Shown piece after piece: positions 32,811-47,100 of a DNA stretch of 64,000 bases (the first letter of the stretch is position 1; each line of letters begins with the position of its first letter). The position numbers and the translations under genes are program-made. The stretch is from Azolla caroliniana (lineage: Eukaryota; Plantae; Polypodiophyta). The DNA is taken from assembly GCA_043228905.1 (NCBI GenBank), contig JBHGNT010000004.1, positions 5,332,001-5,396,000 on the forward strand, given 5' to 3'. The notes below the pieces were generated by a model. That model was not told the DNA's origin, ran no database searches, and worked only from the letters and a program-made list of their open reading frames with translations.

Positions 32811-35800
32811 TGTAAAGAATCAAGAGATGGATTCTTGTGAAGCGGAAGAGATATGAGTTATGTATGTGTGTAAGAGAGAGAGAGAGAGCGAGAGAGAGAG
32901 TGAAACACAGAGAATACGCAAGGTAAAAGTATATTGACAAAGGAGAAAGACTCAACACTATACAAGGTGGGAGGAGGGTGCTTTATGTAGTCACCCTCTC
33001 TCTTCATTAACTACAAGACTCATGGAGCATGGGGAATGTGAAAGCTCATAAGTTATGTGTCATAGAATATGATTCTATGACTCATACTAAATGCTAGAAT
33101 ACAAAGTGGTGACATAATGGTGACTCTTGACCTTTGGAGTGTCTCTTCACTCTTAAGGTGAGTTCACACACTAGACCAAGTTGAGCTTGATTCTCAACAC
33201 GCCCCCTCAAGTTCAAGTCGGGTCGGTTTAAGACGGTATCTGAAATCCGCTTCAATTCACATTCGGGAGTCCGCGTCGACTCGTTTTATGCGGAGTTGCG
33301 GAATCCATGCTCCAGCTTGCGTTGTGCGTAGTTGCGAAGTCTGTGCTTCGGCTTGCGTCTTTCTTCGTGGCTTTGCACGGTAGATCGGTTCTTCACTGCT
33401 ACATTGCGTGGTTGTGGAATCCACGCGTTATTGCGTAGTGCGTGGTTGCGGAACCTATGCGTTATTGCGTAGTGTCTTCATTACTCCCCCTCAAGCTTAG
33501 CAGGTCAGGAATCGTCAATCCGAGATCGGTCATGAATTGCCATAGCTTGTCGGCTCCTAAGGCTTTAGTGAAGATGTCAACCGTTTGAAGGTTGGTGCTA
33601 ATGTGTTGTAGGTCGACATCGCCAGCCAGAACGCGCTCTCGGATGAAGTGATAGTGCACTTCGATTTGCTTTGTCCGCGCGTGGAACACCAGGTTTCGAG
33701 ACAGATAGATACTGCTCATGTTGTCGTAATAAAGGGAAGTTGGATCCTTGATGGGTACGCCCAGATCCTTCAAAATCCTCTTGAGCCATACGGCTTCACA
33801 TGCAGCTACGGCTGCCCCCCTGTATTCCGCCTCCGTACTCGAAAGAGCGACGGTAGGCTACTTCTTGCTACTCCAGGATATTGCTCCGCTGCCGAGGGAG
33901 AAAACAAATCTGGAGTTTGATCTTCTATCAGCTTTGTAGCCGGCCCAATCGGCATCTGTGTACCCCTCGAGTCGTATTGGCATCGCGGTCTTATAGAGGA
34001 TGTTGCAATCCATTGTGCCGCTCACGTAGCGTAGAACTCGCTTAGCGCAATCCAAGTGAGTATCACACGGTGTTTGCATGAATTAGCTAAGGAGACCGAT
34101 CGGATAACTGAGATCGGGTCGTGTGATTGTGAGGAAGATGAGACTCCCGATGAGTTGCCGATACTAAGTCGGCTCACACGCTTTGGTGCCGGAGTTCGCA
34201 TCTAGTTTGAGATTGCGATCGAGCGGGGTTGCCGCGGATTTGCACTCAGCCATCCCAAACTTGTATAACAAGTTGAGGATGTAGTGCCGTTGAGAGATCA
34301 TGATTCCGGCCGGAGTCCGAATTACCTCGATGCCGAGGAAGTAGTGGAGCTCCTTCATGTCCGTCATCTCGAACTTGTCGGAAAGGAGGGATTTGACTTT
34401 ATTGATTTCGACGAGATGCTCACCTCCAATGACTAGGTCATCCACATATAAAATGATGACGATCGGACTTGCGGAATCGCTTCGTATGTAGAGGGAGTTG
34501 TCCGATTTTGACATACGAAAGCCGATTTGATGAAGATATTGCGTTATCTTCGAATGCCAAGCACACGGTGCTTGCTTGAGGCCGTAGAGTGGCTTCTTGA
34601 GTCGGCAAACCGCTTTTGGATGGGTGCTCGAGTTGAAGCCGGGTGGTTGGATCATGTACACCTCCTCTTCTAATTCGCCTTGTAGAAAGGCGTTCTTGAC
34701 ATCCATTTGATGGAGGTGCCACCCTTTCGCCGCGGCAATCGCAATTACGGTCCGCACCGTCGTCAGCTTTGCCACCGGGGCAAAGGTCTCTTCGTAGTCG
34801 ACGCCATGCGTCTGAGCGTATCCTTTCACTATGAGTCAAGCTTTGTAGCGGTTTACGGAGCCATCAGCGTTATACTTGACCTTGTGGATCCATCTGTATC
34901 CGATCGCCTTTTTGTGTGGTGAGGTGGGAACGAGATCCCACGTCTCGTTCTTCCGTAGTGCCTGCATCTCCTCGTTCATTGCTTCGATCCATCGCGGCTT
35001 CCGAAAGGGTTTCCGGCTCCCGTACTATCGCTACCTTCATCATAAAGGCGTAATGGTACGCCATATAATCGTTGTAGCTGAATCGGCTTACGGGGTTCTT
35101 TTCACGAGTGGATCGGCAGAGCTTTTCATTTGCAGAGATGAGGGCTTTCTTAGCTCTGATTGGTACCTCGAAACCGCCGAACTCACTGTTGAGTGAGTGA
35201 GTCGACTCATCGTCGTTGAAGCGATCGTCTTCGTATTCTGACATTTTCGCCTTGCCTTTGTCCATCTTCATGCTAGCCCGTGATGTGCTTTGATCGCTCA
35301 AAGGCTCTAGTGGTCCGGTCAATCGGGTCGTGATCGGACTTTCTTCGAATATGCGCATAAGGCGATCTTCATCCTCGATCTCTTGTTCGGCGAATTCCGG
35401 GTCGAGCGGTGTCGGAGTCGGAGTTGTCTCTGGTGCATACCAGGATGCGGACTCGTCAAAAACGACGTCTCGAACTCGAGATTTTCGAGTTGAGGGGTTG
35501 TAGCACTTGTACCCCTTTTTCTCCAATGAGTATCCTACGAGGATACATTTCTCCGTCTTTGGGTGAAGCTTTTGACGCTTCTCATTGCGGATGTGCACGT
35601 ACGCTATCGCGCCGAATATCTGGATGTGCGATAAGTCCGGCTTCTTTCCGAAGTATTTTTCGTGCGGAGTGACCTCGTGCACGCCGGATGTTGTGCACCG
35701 GTTCATTAGGTAGATGGCTGTATTTGCAGCTTCAGCCCAATATGACTTGGGCATATGCTTCTCGTTCATCATGGCCCGCGCTACTTTGAGGATGTGCCGA

Positions 35801-38251
35801 TTTTTGCACTCGGCTACTCTGTTTCGGAATTCCTTCCTTTCAGAGATACGCCGTGAAATCGTCCGAGAAGTACTCCTTGCCGCCATCCGATCGAAGGCAT
35901 CGTACATGTTGGCCCGTGGCTTTCTTGACTTCATTCTTGAAATTTTGGAAGTGTCCGAACACTTCACTCATTTGCCGCATCGGGTAGATCCAAGTGTGCC
36001 TAGAGAAGTCGTCGAGGAAGAGCACGTAATATCGGCATCCGCCGAATGTAGCCGTCTACGCCGGTCCCCATACGTCGGAATGGACTACGTCGAGTAGACC
36101 TTTGCTCATGTTCCGCTCTTTCGGGAATGGGTGTCGGTGTTGCTTGCCGAATTGGCATGCTTCGCATACACTTTCAATCTTCTTCTCTTTGAATGTCGGG
36201 AATCCGATGACGACTCCTTTAGATTTCATTGCTTTGAGTTTGTTGAGATTGATGTGGTCGATTCGCTTGTGCCATAGCTCTATGTCGGAGTCGGCTTTCG
36301 TGTTTTTCACGAACATGGCGGATTTCATCTCGCGTGAATTGAGAATGAACATCCAGCCCTCTCTTCGTCCGCGTGTGATGAGTCAACCCTCTTTTTTGAT
36401 GAAGCAACCGCCTTGATTAAATCGAACTTGCATCCCTTGCTCTACAATTTGGTCGATGGAGACCAAATTCTTCTTAATGGTCGGTACATGCAAGACATTT
36501 TTAATGTAATTTTGCTTACCTTCTTTTCCGAACGGAACATTGCCAATGTGCCGAATCGGGTGCGTAGTGTCGTCTCCGGTTTCGACATAGCCGGGTCGGT
36601 CCGGCTCTCGAAGTTCTCGAAACCATTCTTGATGCGATGTCATATGGTTTGAGGCACCGGAATCAACGAACCATATGTCTCCCGGACCGGAGGAACTAGT
36701 TGAGGTAGCGGCCGACATAGAGTTTGCTCTATGTTTCATCATGAACATTCCGCCACGGTTGGAGTTGTGCGCATACATTCCGCCACGATCTTCGTAGTCG
36801 GAGTTGTGCCCCTACATTTCGCCACGGTCGGATTTGTGTGCATACATTCCGCCACGATCTTCGTAGTCGGAGTTGTGTGCGTAATTCGTGAGTTGTCGGC
36901 TTCTAGAAGCCGATTCACGCATCTTCTTTCGGCACTCTTCTTCGTGGTGGCCGAGCTTTCCGCAATATCCGCATTCGGTTGCGTTTTGACGGCTCGGGCC
37001 GGAGTGGAAGCTCCCCCTTCTTGCGAGGGTTCCTCGTTGGCCTCCGTTTTGCGGCCAAAATTGGGAGTTGTTGTCGTAGGTCGGACCTCGTCCACCTTGT
37101 CCTTGGCCGAATCGGCCTCTCGCTCGTCTGCGTCCTCTTCCTCCATTAGAGTGCGTGTAGAGCATGTGGCCTTCCGACTCATTGCTCCTTGTACGCACAT
37201 GGTTTTCTTCGACCAATAGCATTGATTGGAGCTCGAAGAAGGAGGGAGATTTCTCCCGTGCTAGAACGATGGTTCGCATCACGCCAAACCGTGGTGCGAG
37301 GCCGCCAAGGCATATTTGCACCATCTCATCATCATCTATACTTACGCTTATTGAGCCAAGCGAGTCGCAAAGCTCCTTGATCTTCAAGGTGTATGTCGTG
37401 ATGGAAATGTCCCTTTGTTGAATGTTGTTCAACTCTTGGCGGAGTTGAAGCTTCCTCGCGGTTGTGTTGGCGGCGAAAATCTTTTGTAGATTTTCCCACG
37501 CTTCCTTCGGCGTCTTGGCTTCTCGAATGTAACCGAGCATGTGGTCGTGAACACATGTCGCCAAACAATACATCACATGTTTTGCGGCTTGCTCCCATGT
37601 CGCGTATCCGGGAGCCGCTTCGGCGGGTCGGTCTTCATGCGCTCCTTTGATGTAGCTCCAATAGCCTTGTCCGACAAGGTATTGGTGCATCTTGTACTCC
37701 CAAGATGCGAAGTTGTTTCGATCCAACTTCTCGGTAGGGAGAGTGCTCCCCATTTGAGTATTCATTATGTCGATTCTTCTTCTTCTTCTTCTCTCTTCGA
37801 ATGCGAGCTATGTAGCGAAGCTACGATAGCTATGAGCCGGTTCTTGGTCATCAGCGTAGAGCACAACACACGATCACGATGAGGCAAATGGGCTAGATCG
37901 AGCTACCAAATCGCTCTGATACCATGTAAAGAATCAAGAGATGGATTCTTGTGAAGCGGAAGAGATATGAGTTATGTGTGTGTGTAAGAGAGAGAGAGAG
38001 AGCGAGAGAGAGAGTGAAACACAGAGAATACGCAAGGTAAAAGTATATTGACAAAGGAGAAAGACTCAACACTATACAAGGTGAGAGGAGGGTGATTTAT
38101 GTAGTCACCCTCTCTCTTCATTAACTACAAGACTCATGGAGCATGGGGAATGTGAAAGCTCATAAGTTATGTGTCATAGAATATGATTCTATGACTCATA
38201 CTAAATGCTAGAATACAAAGTGGTGACATAATGGTGACTCTTGACCTTTGG
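32811..38251 (-). mobile_element. Near full-length Ty1/copia element nested in the 3' LTR of the Trp-PBS element
   Basis: 3' LTR 32811-33199, PPT 33200-33211, PBS 37913-37924, 5' LTR 37925-38251 (outer end deleted, no TSD); LTRs nearly identical. Confidence 0.95.
33462..37765 (-). pseudogene. Copia gag-pol polyprotein (gag, CCHC, PR, INT, RT, RNase H) with stops and frameshifts
   Basis: CGYCGKLGHHEEEC; WFVDSGASNHM; HSDVWGP; SDGGKEY; HQMDVKNAFL; LYVDDL; YTDADWAG. Confidence 0.93.
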
Positions 38252-39393
38252 TGACTCCATATATATTCCATTTTTTTCCCTATACTCATCCTCTCTCCAT
38301 TATTTTCTTTTCCTTCTTAGCTCCTTTATCTTATGGAAGCCATAACACTAAAAAACCCTAATTTTCCCTACGGAAGCCATAACACTCAAAAACCCTAATT
38401 TTCCTTACGGAAGCCATAACACTAAAAAACCTTAATTTTCCCTACGGAAGCCATATCTCTCAAAAAACCCTAATTTTTCTTTTCTATTAAACTTAGTAAA
38501 CCTAAACTTCTGAATCCCAATCTTGGGACATATTGTAATTTCTTTCTATTTGTTAATGAAATTTGTCAATCTTTCTTATTTCCGTTAATTGTTAAAAATA
38601 TAAATGCATGAATTTGATATCCTCTTGTCGGAGGCCCCGGGGTCCTACCTCAAGTTCACATATCCTCGTCATATTTTTGAGACAACGGTTCACGCAGGAA
38701 GTGTAACTGACTAGGCCCTGTGTATATAAAGGGCATATGAACATTCTAAAGGGTTAGCGCATCTTTGACCATGGTCTTTTAATATAGTTTCTGTCTTCTT
38801 TGATTCCTGTCTCTTGTTTCTTGCCTTTTATCTCTGTGCATGACTGTGTACAAGTAAGCGTAAGGTGAAGTACGGGTGCATATTTACGCACATTAGGAGC
38901 TCGGCTGTTGCCGTCTCCCATTACGCCTTTTGTATACGCTCTACTGCATAAGTCCCTACGTCCTACGTGCTACGCCAACCTCTTCTCCCTTGCACCACGA
39001 TCACTTTGATACCTACCCCGAAGGACTGATGGTAGGCCGTGTTCCTAACCAGTAACACTTTTGGCACGCTTGGTGATATGTGAATCCTCACAGCCGAGCA
39101 GCAAGGAATGGATGTCTAGCCGCCGATGTATCAGAGAACCTACTCGACAAGATCGACCACTGACTAGATCCATCACCCGACATACAGAAGAACGTGCTAC
39201 ATGGAAACCCCGCCTCAACGACCGCGCCCCCTCTCTTCAGGAGTACAAAGTAGACTCTACGCTCACAGAACAGAGTAGCATTGGACAAGAAGTCTTATCG
39301 CACCTAGACCAATATAGTGCGACTAAGCTTCACAGCAGCCCTCACCACGGAAGCATCAACCTTCCCTTGCCTAGCTTCACTATCGCAATCAGA

Positions 39394-42300
39394 ATGGCCT
39401 TTTCATACCCCCGTTTCAGCGTAGAAACCAACACCGAGAGTCACCTACGGTCGTTCCCCAACGTGTGGAACGCCAACCACATGGCACAGAGGTTGCTTGA
39501 GGCGGAAGCCTACGAATCGAAGGTCGCCAAGTTCGGGCTAACCTTGGATGGTCGGGCTACGCGGTGGCACTCCTAGCTTGATCTAACAACATTCGCAACA
39601 TTCGACGCCTTATCAACAATCGTGGATGACCAGCCGGTCCCCGATAGAATGACAGTAATCGCCAGACACAGGAATAACGCCATTACCGGGAGAGTTTAGA
39701 GGACGAACGACACCAAGAGCTTCGCCGGGAGTATCGCTAAAAACACCGTAACCACAAAAGATTTCAGCAGCCACGGAAAGAGTAACATGCACCCTTGGAC
39801 ACCACCACACTGCCAGAAGTAGAGAAAGGCGAATCCAGCGTACATTGCTTTGTGTGCCAACAACCAGGCCACTATGTGACGCAATGTCCACAGCGCAATA
39901 AAGGCAAGGACCTAACCATGAATTCCATCACGGCGAATATCCAAGAAGTGACTACACGCAGTTAGACGAAAAACACAAAATGGACAACACAAGATGACAT
40001 ATGCAAGGCAGCCTAGGCCTGGGTGGAGAAAGAGAATGAAGCAAGAATCGGTGAGCGCCACGACGCTGATTGAACATAAGGCACTATCGCCAGACCTGCT
40101 ATGGCAAGCTCTCGTGGACTGCAAAGTCACGCTGACCATGGATAAGCTCCTACGACTGGTCCCACGATTCCGACATGTGGTAACAAATCATATACGGGGC
40201 ACCGCCGGACTAGAGGTCTCGACCAATTTCACAAAGTCCAATATTGGCCCAACAGTGGTAGATAACCATAACTCGGCCATAAAAGTGGTGCTGTAGGGCC
40301 AAGAAATACGGGGATGCATCGTCGACGGAGGTTCCGGCGTAAATGTCATTAGTAAAACCACGTGTACTCGGTTGGGCATTACGGACTGGGAAACGTGCCC
40401 ATTCTGGCTCCGTATGGCAGACACCCGCTCCGTCAGACCCCTAGGATTAATTCGAAAGCTAGGGATTGTAGTCGGGGGCCATCACTTTGACATTTCTGTG
40501 GTCGTGCTCGCACTGGACGCCCCAGGGGTGTACCCAATTTTGTTAGGTAGACCATAAATGGTTTGCTAATATCAAGCAAAGCTGGCAGCATAATTGTATC
40601 AGTTTCCGACACGGGCGAAGCAAGGTTCGCATACTGACACAGGAAACATCCGCACTGACCAAAGCTATAACACCACTGTACGCGGAGGAAATTAATATGC
40701 TAGAAGGATTGGACGATATAGAGCTAGAAGTGTACCTTGACGAAAACCCGCGAATAATAGCACTATTCAAAATCGACGTTCTCGAAGCCGCTACTGAGTA
40801 CGCCCCAACAAGTACGCTCCAAGAAGAGGAGTACGAACCTGATCCCGAGTCTATTTTGGAGCTAAGCGGAGCACGAGAAGCGTTCGAGAAAGAAATGGAA
40901 ATATCGTAAAGGGTTACCGCGTCAGCATTGGAGGAGATTAATGTCGGAACCGCAGAGGTCCCACGACTACTATCAATCGATAAGGACATGTGGCCAATGG
41001 AGAAAACGGCCATGACGGAGCTGCTCCAAGAGTTTAAAGATGTTTTTGCATGGTCACATGAGGACATGAAAGGCCTAGACCCAAAATTCTATCAACACAA
41101 GATTAACTTGGCCACGGATGTGAAATCGATGCAGTAATGACGCTATGACATGAACCCAAATTACGCGGCCTGCATAAAGGAAGAAATTGACAAGCTCTTG
41201 AAAGTAGGGTTCATCCAACCAGTCAAACAGGCCACATGGTTGAGTCTGATAGTCGTGGTACCAAAGAAAAATGGGAAAATACGTGTGTGTGTTGATTACT
41301 GGAAACTGAACGTCATTACGATTACGAACGCATTTCCCTTACCGTTTACAGATAGCGTACTAGACGCAGTCGTGGGCCATGACATATATAGTTTCTTGGA
41401 TGGCTTTAGCGGATACAATCAAGTACGCATGCACCCGAATGATCAAGAGAAGACTGCGTTCGTCACAGACTGGAGAATGTTCGTCGCTGTAGTAATGATG
41501 TTCCGGCTGAAGACGGCCCCCGCCACCTTCCAACAGACGATTAAGGAGATTTTCAATGAATATATACCTACTTTTATGAAATTTTTTCTTGACAACTTCG
41601 TGGTGTACGAGGCGCGAGGTGAACATTTGGGCCATTTACGGCTCTGTTTGGAATGAGGCTGGACCTCACATCTCAGCCTTAATCCGGCTAAATGCGCATT
41701 GGGGTCACGAGTGGAGCACTTCTCGGTCACATAGTGAGTAAGGAGGGGATATCGATAGATCCCAACAAAATTCGGGCGATTATTGAAGCAAAAACTCCCA
41801 GTAACGCAAAAGCCCTTAGTCACTTCCTCGGGCAAATATGTTGGCACAGCCATATGTTACGATACTTGGCGAATTTTGTACTCCGTTCAAATGGATGGCA
41901 ATAGAAGACAAGGCGTACGAGGCTCTTAAAATAATGTTGACCCAAGTGAAAGAACTACACGCTCCCGATGAACAACGCTAGACCACAGAAAACGGGTAAT
42001 GAACGCATGACACAGTGAAGAGAAGAGTACACAGGATGTTTACGTGGAAAAGCCAAACTAGGGAAAAACCACGGCAACCCATAGATCGCAAACTATCACT
42101 ATATCACAATGTACAATAGTAAAGCACTGAGGCAACGACCTCGAGCTTGCTATCTTCGCCACATGCGGCGGTTACAACAGAGGCAACGACCTCTTCCTCT
42201 CTCTCTCTCTCTCTCTATACACAGTTATGCACTCAAATCTTGCACCAACAAGAATGACTACTTCTTCACTAAGCTTGCTCTAAGTCATATTTATACTAAT

Positions 42301-44175
42301 ATGACTTTTCGGCTATTTACAAATATAGCCCCAAAGGACTCTCAGAAACATATTTACGAATATGTCCCTTCATCCGGTGAGCACTCCTCACTGGGCCTGC
42401 ATCATCCGGATCTTGTTGGGCACTCGTCATCCGGTTCTCACCGGGCCTACACCATCCGAATCTTGTCGGGCACTCGTCATCCGGTTCTCACCGGGCCTAC
42501 ACCATCCGGCTCTTGTCGGGCACTCGTCATCCGGTTCTCACCGGGTCTTCACCATCCGGCTCCTGCCGGGCACTCGTCATCCGGTTCTCACCGGGTCTTC
42601 ACCATCCGGCTCTTGCCAGGCACTCGTCATCCGGTTCTCACCGGGTCTTCCTTGCCGGGTACTCCACATCCGGTTCTCACCGGGTCTTCCGTTGCTGGGT
42701 ACTCCACATCCGGATTCGGCCGAGGCCTATCGACCAAGGCCAAGTTGCTCTTCAACACTGTTCTTCTCACTTCCCATCCAAAGGGACCTGTTTCCTAGCA
42801 CCAAGTGCCCATCGTACAACCCCTAGATTGGACTAGATCATTCCACGTGTTTGTGGATGCCTCGGAAATTGCAATCGGTAGCGTGCTAATGCAGCTTACC
42901 GAGCCCAATTGGTACCGACTGGTCTACTACTTAGTCGTAAATTATCAGATGTAGAGCGGAATTATTCAACGATTGAGCGTGAAGCCTTGGGAATGATCTA
43001 CAACATAAATAAATTCCGACATTACTTACTAGGGTGGAAATTCATATTTCATGTGGACCACGCGACGCTACTCTACTTAGTCGAGAAGCAAGCATTAACG
43101 AGGAAATTGGCCAAATGGATGCTGGTACTCCAGGAATTTGAATTCACGATCCAACATCAGTCGGGCATGCAGCACATCGTAGCCGATTTTCTAAGTAGAA
43201 TAGATAACGGCAACGACGCAATCAAAGAGGGTGATGATTTCCCCGACGCAAATATTCTACGGGTTGCGACTACAACATCATTGGACGAGAATTTTTTTGC
43301 CCGGGTCAATGGCTGATGGAGATGACCTATTTCTTGACAACGGGACTGCCACCACCACATCTACAGATAGACAAAAAGTAAAGACTGACAGTACGGAGTC
43401 GCAATTTCTGCTTGGTGGAGGGAGTGTTATATCATAAAGAAAGCGATGGTATTTGGAGGCGTGGTATACGACAGGATGAGAAGGAGGCAGTGTTACGCAA
43501 AGCTCACTACGGAACGGCAGGACGCCATTACGTAGGAGACGTTACGGCCCCAAAAATGTGGCAAGTTGGTGGCCAACTATGAAAAAAAGACGTGTATAAA
43601 TATTGTAAAGAGTGCAACCTCTCCCAACGTCTAGGCTAGCCAACGGAGCTCGCACGGATGCCTCACCAGCCGGTGCTTCCGCTTGACCCTTTCCAAAAAT
43701 GGGGTCTCGATTTTGTCGGCCCCTTTACTCCGGTAGCGTCACGAACAAGTAATAAATATATCCTAGTCGCCACGGATTATTTCACAAAGTGGGTAGAAAC
43801 GAAAGCGTTACGAGATAATACTGCGGCATCTACGACAAAGTTCCTCTATGAACAAATTTGGTGCCGTTTTTGACTGCCCAATAGAACTCATAAGTGATCA
43901 AGGGAGCCATTTTTTGAATACGGTTATCCACAAGCTCACAAACCATTACGCTGTAGTACATAAGAAGAGTATGCCGTATTACCCTCAGGCGAGTGGATTA
44001 GTGGAATCAACGAATAAGACGTTGTAGACCATCCTAAAAAAGATCGTTAATGAGAATAGAACGGATTGGGATACGAAGCTGCATAGCGCTTTGTGGGCTT
44101 ACCGAACGAGCTATAAAACTAGCATACAATCCACTCCCTTTCGACTAGCGTTGGAGTTGGAAGCCTAATGCCCAT
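39394..44175 (+). pseudogene. Gypsy gag, protease, RT, RNase H and integrase (split by solo LTR; integrase resumes 52219-52660)
   Basis: MAFSYPRFS; IVDGGSGVN; GKIRVCVDY..FLDGFSGYNQ; ERNYSTIEREALG; [24 protein letters not shown]; no archaeal-type extra RNase H seen between RH and INT. Confidence 0.92.
41947..42800 (-). mobile_element. Solo LTR (related to LTRs 48579-49117 and 57723-58390), TSD CCAAG, with CCGG-rich tandem repeats
   Basis: CCAAG at 41942-41946 and 42801-42805; TG..CA ends; ~50-bp repeats at 42400-42715; removal restores MLTQVPIVQP. Confidence 0.92.
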
Positions 44176-47100
44176 TGTTGAGCCGGATCGGTATTCAGAT
44201 ACAACCGGCCGGATCGGGGAGATGGATCAGAGAGCTGGATTCGAGCGGGAACCGGAAGCGTAGTAGTAGCCTAGACTACTAGGTAATCATTGTCTCGTAG
44301 TTTTTGTCAATCGTTCGTATGAGCATTGAACTACTTGTGAGTACTTTTGTCAGTCCTTTATGGACTTTCTATAAATAGTGTTGTTATAGCACATCATATG
44401 TACAGAGTGTTCTTAATATTTTGAATCAACATTTATGTTCTGCTCTCTCTGTCTCTCCTGTGTATACTCCTTGTGTATTAAGCTTTACCATTAAACCTTC
44501 ATCTTATTCTTTGTTCCTATCCGCCTGAGCCGGTTTTGTCTAACGCTTCCGCACATTAACATTCACATGGTATCAAAGTGCGAGGGTTGAGAACCTCTGC
44601 AACCGATACTTGGTTTCGTAGACAAACCCTAGAACCTGGTAACAATAGACAGAAAGAAGATATGGATATCGGAATGGCGAGTTCACTTCCAACAGAGAAG
44701 CTCGACCAGAGCAACTACGCATCTTGGTCATACAAGATGCACCAATACCTGCTAGGGCATGGATATTGGAGCGTCATGGAACGAACGAACAAGGTAGCGC
44801 CGGAGCCGGCACACGAGGACTTCCCGGTATGGGAGCAAGGAGCGAGTCGAGTATTGTACTGCCTCGCGTCATGTGTGCACGATCAGATGCTCGACTACAT
44901 AAAGGATGCAAAAACACCAAAGGAGGCCACTGAATCGGACAACCGGATGTTGTACACGTAGTCGGATCGGCCCCGTGGACGTGGAGGACGAGGTGGGTCG
45001 GCACGCAATAGAGGCAGCCGGCAAGAGCAGGACAGAAGGCACCGAGATAGTGTTGATCGCAGTTTCGGACCCTCCATAAGCAGGGGGAGTCAAAGCGGCA
45101 CTAGGAACCGGCAAGGAAAGGCAGACACGGAATGCTGGTACTGTGGCAAGAAAGGCCATAGGGAAAGCAAGTGCTAGAAGAAGCGTGCCGATTTGGACAA
45201 ATCCGGATCCAGCAAAACCGTTCGGGAAAACCGGCAAAGCTCGCACTACGCAGAAGGATCAGAAGCATCTAGAATTGGGAAGACCGGTAAAGGGTCAACC
45301 TTCGTGATGAAGCACAAGGCTAACTCGATGAAGAAAACTACTTCCAAATCGGAGGAAGTAAGGTATGTTGATTCCAGAGCATCCAACCACATGACGAGCC
45401 ATGAAGAGTGGTTCTCTTTTTTGGAGAAGCCGGAACAACCGGGGATTGTCGAAACTGGAGACAACACCCCTCACCCAATTGTGCATGTCGGAGAAGTCCC
45501 TTTGAGCCATGTTGAATAGAGGAGGTACTCGCATTGCTCCTACTCGGTTCCCTCCCGGACAGCTGGGAGACATTAGTTGTCACGTTGGGCAATGCCGGGC
45601 CAGAAGGAAAATAGTTGTCCCTAGCAAGGGTAAAATCAAGCTTGCTAGATGAAGAAGCTCACCGGAAGGACCGGGAGTCCAGAACTGATCCAAAGGCCTT
45701 GGTCACGAAAGATGACCACAACCGGGAAAGACGCCGGTATCAAAGTCCCCAAAACCGGGACAAGTCGGGGACGAGGTCTAAGTCAAGGGGGAGGCCTACT
45801 TGCTTCTACTGTGGGAAGTCGGGGCAATTCCAAACAAACTGTCGACATTTATGGAAAGAGAAAGAAACCGACACCACCGATTCGAAGAAGAGTTCGGACC
45901 GAAGAGGCCAGGATCGGAAGGGAACGCCGGCGATCGCGACAAGTGAAGAAGAACTGATGCTCATTACCAAAGAGAATGAGTTAAACCTTGTCGACAACGA
46001 AACAACGTGGGTTGTCGATTCCGGAGCGTCGTTCCACCTGACACCGGACCGGAAATGCTTCTCATCCTACACAGCCGGTGATCATGGTTGTGTCCGGATG
46101 GGGAATGAAGGTACATGCCGAATTTTCGGCATAGGAGATGTGTTGTTTATGACATCAACCAGATGCAAGTTGCTACTGAAGGATGTCTGACACGTTCCGG
46201 AGGTTCGACTGAAACTGATATCAGCCGGTGGGCTAGATGATGAAGGCTACATGGGTAGTATTGGGAACAGAGTAATGAAGTTCAACAAAGGGAGTCTAAT
46301 AGTGGCTCGAGTCCGGAAGGTCAACACATTGTACTTGATGCATGCCCGGACATGCCGGGAAGAAGCGAACGTAGCATCCGACACTGCTGGTGAGCTGTAG
46401 CACAAAAGACTGTGTCACATGAGTGAGAAGGGGATGAAGAGGCTTGCCGAAGACAACCTCATTCCGGTGAAGGATGTGCAACTTGAGAAGTGCATAGATT
46501 GCTTGGCTGGCAAGCAAAACCGCACCTCCTACCGGTCAAGACCACCGATGAGATGGAATGCACCACTGGAGCTGGTGCATACCGATGTGTGTCAAGTGGA
46601 CACAAAATCACATGCTGGATCGCAATACTTCATGATGTTCATAGATGACCACAGTCGGAAGCTGTGGGTCTCACCATTGAAGACGAAGGATCAAGTGTTA
46701 TCCATCTTCAAGGAGCTCCATGCAAGAGTGGGAAGAGAAACTGGCCGGAAGCAGAAGGCGGTTTGAGCAGATAATGGAGGAGAATATCGGGGGTAGTTCG
46801 AGGAGTACTGTCAGTCGAAGGGAATCCGGCTTGAGTTTACTATGCCAAAGATGCCAGAACTAAATGGGCTGACCAAAAGGATGAACCAGACCATAATGGA
46901 GAGAGTCCGGAGCATGCTAGCACATGCAAAGTTACCCAAGACATTTTGGGGTTGAGGTGCTAACGATGACAACCTATGTGATAAATAGATCACCCTCAAC
47001 ACGCTTGGAAGGAGACTCACCTCAAAAAGTATGGACCGGTAAAGACGTATCTTACCGACATCTGAAGGTGTTCAAGTGTCTCGCATATGTGCATGTTGCA

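Larger units (their letters stand above)
29023..38684 (+). mobile_element. Non-autonomous Ty3/gypsy element with tRNA-Trp PBS, ~1.2-kb LTRs and 4-bp TSD ACGG
   Basis: 5' LTR 29023-30212 (TGTCG..CGACA); 3' LTR 32213-32810 + 38252-38684; ACGG at 29019-29022 and 38685-38688; PPT-like GGTGGGGGTGAA 32201-32212; no pol. Confidence 0.9.

Noticed and set aside
42109-42836. 229-aa repetitive ORF
   Set aside because: Lies wholly in solo-LTR tandem repeats
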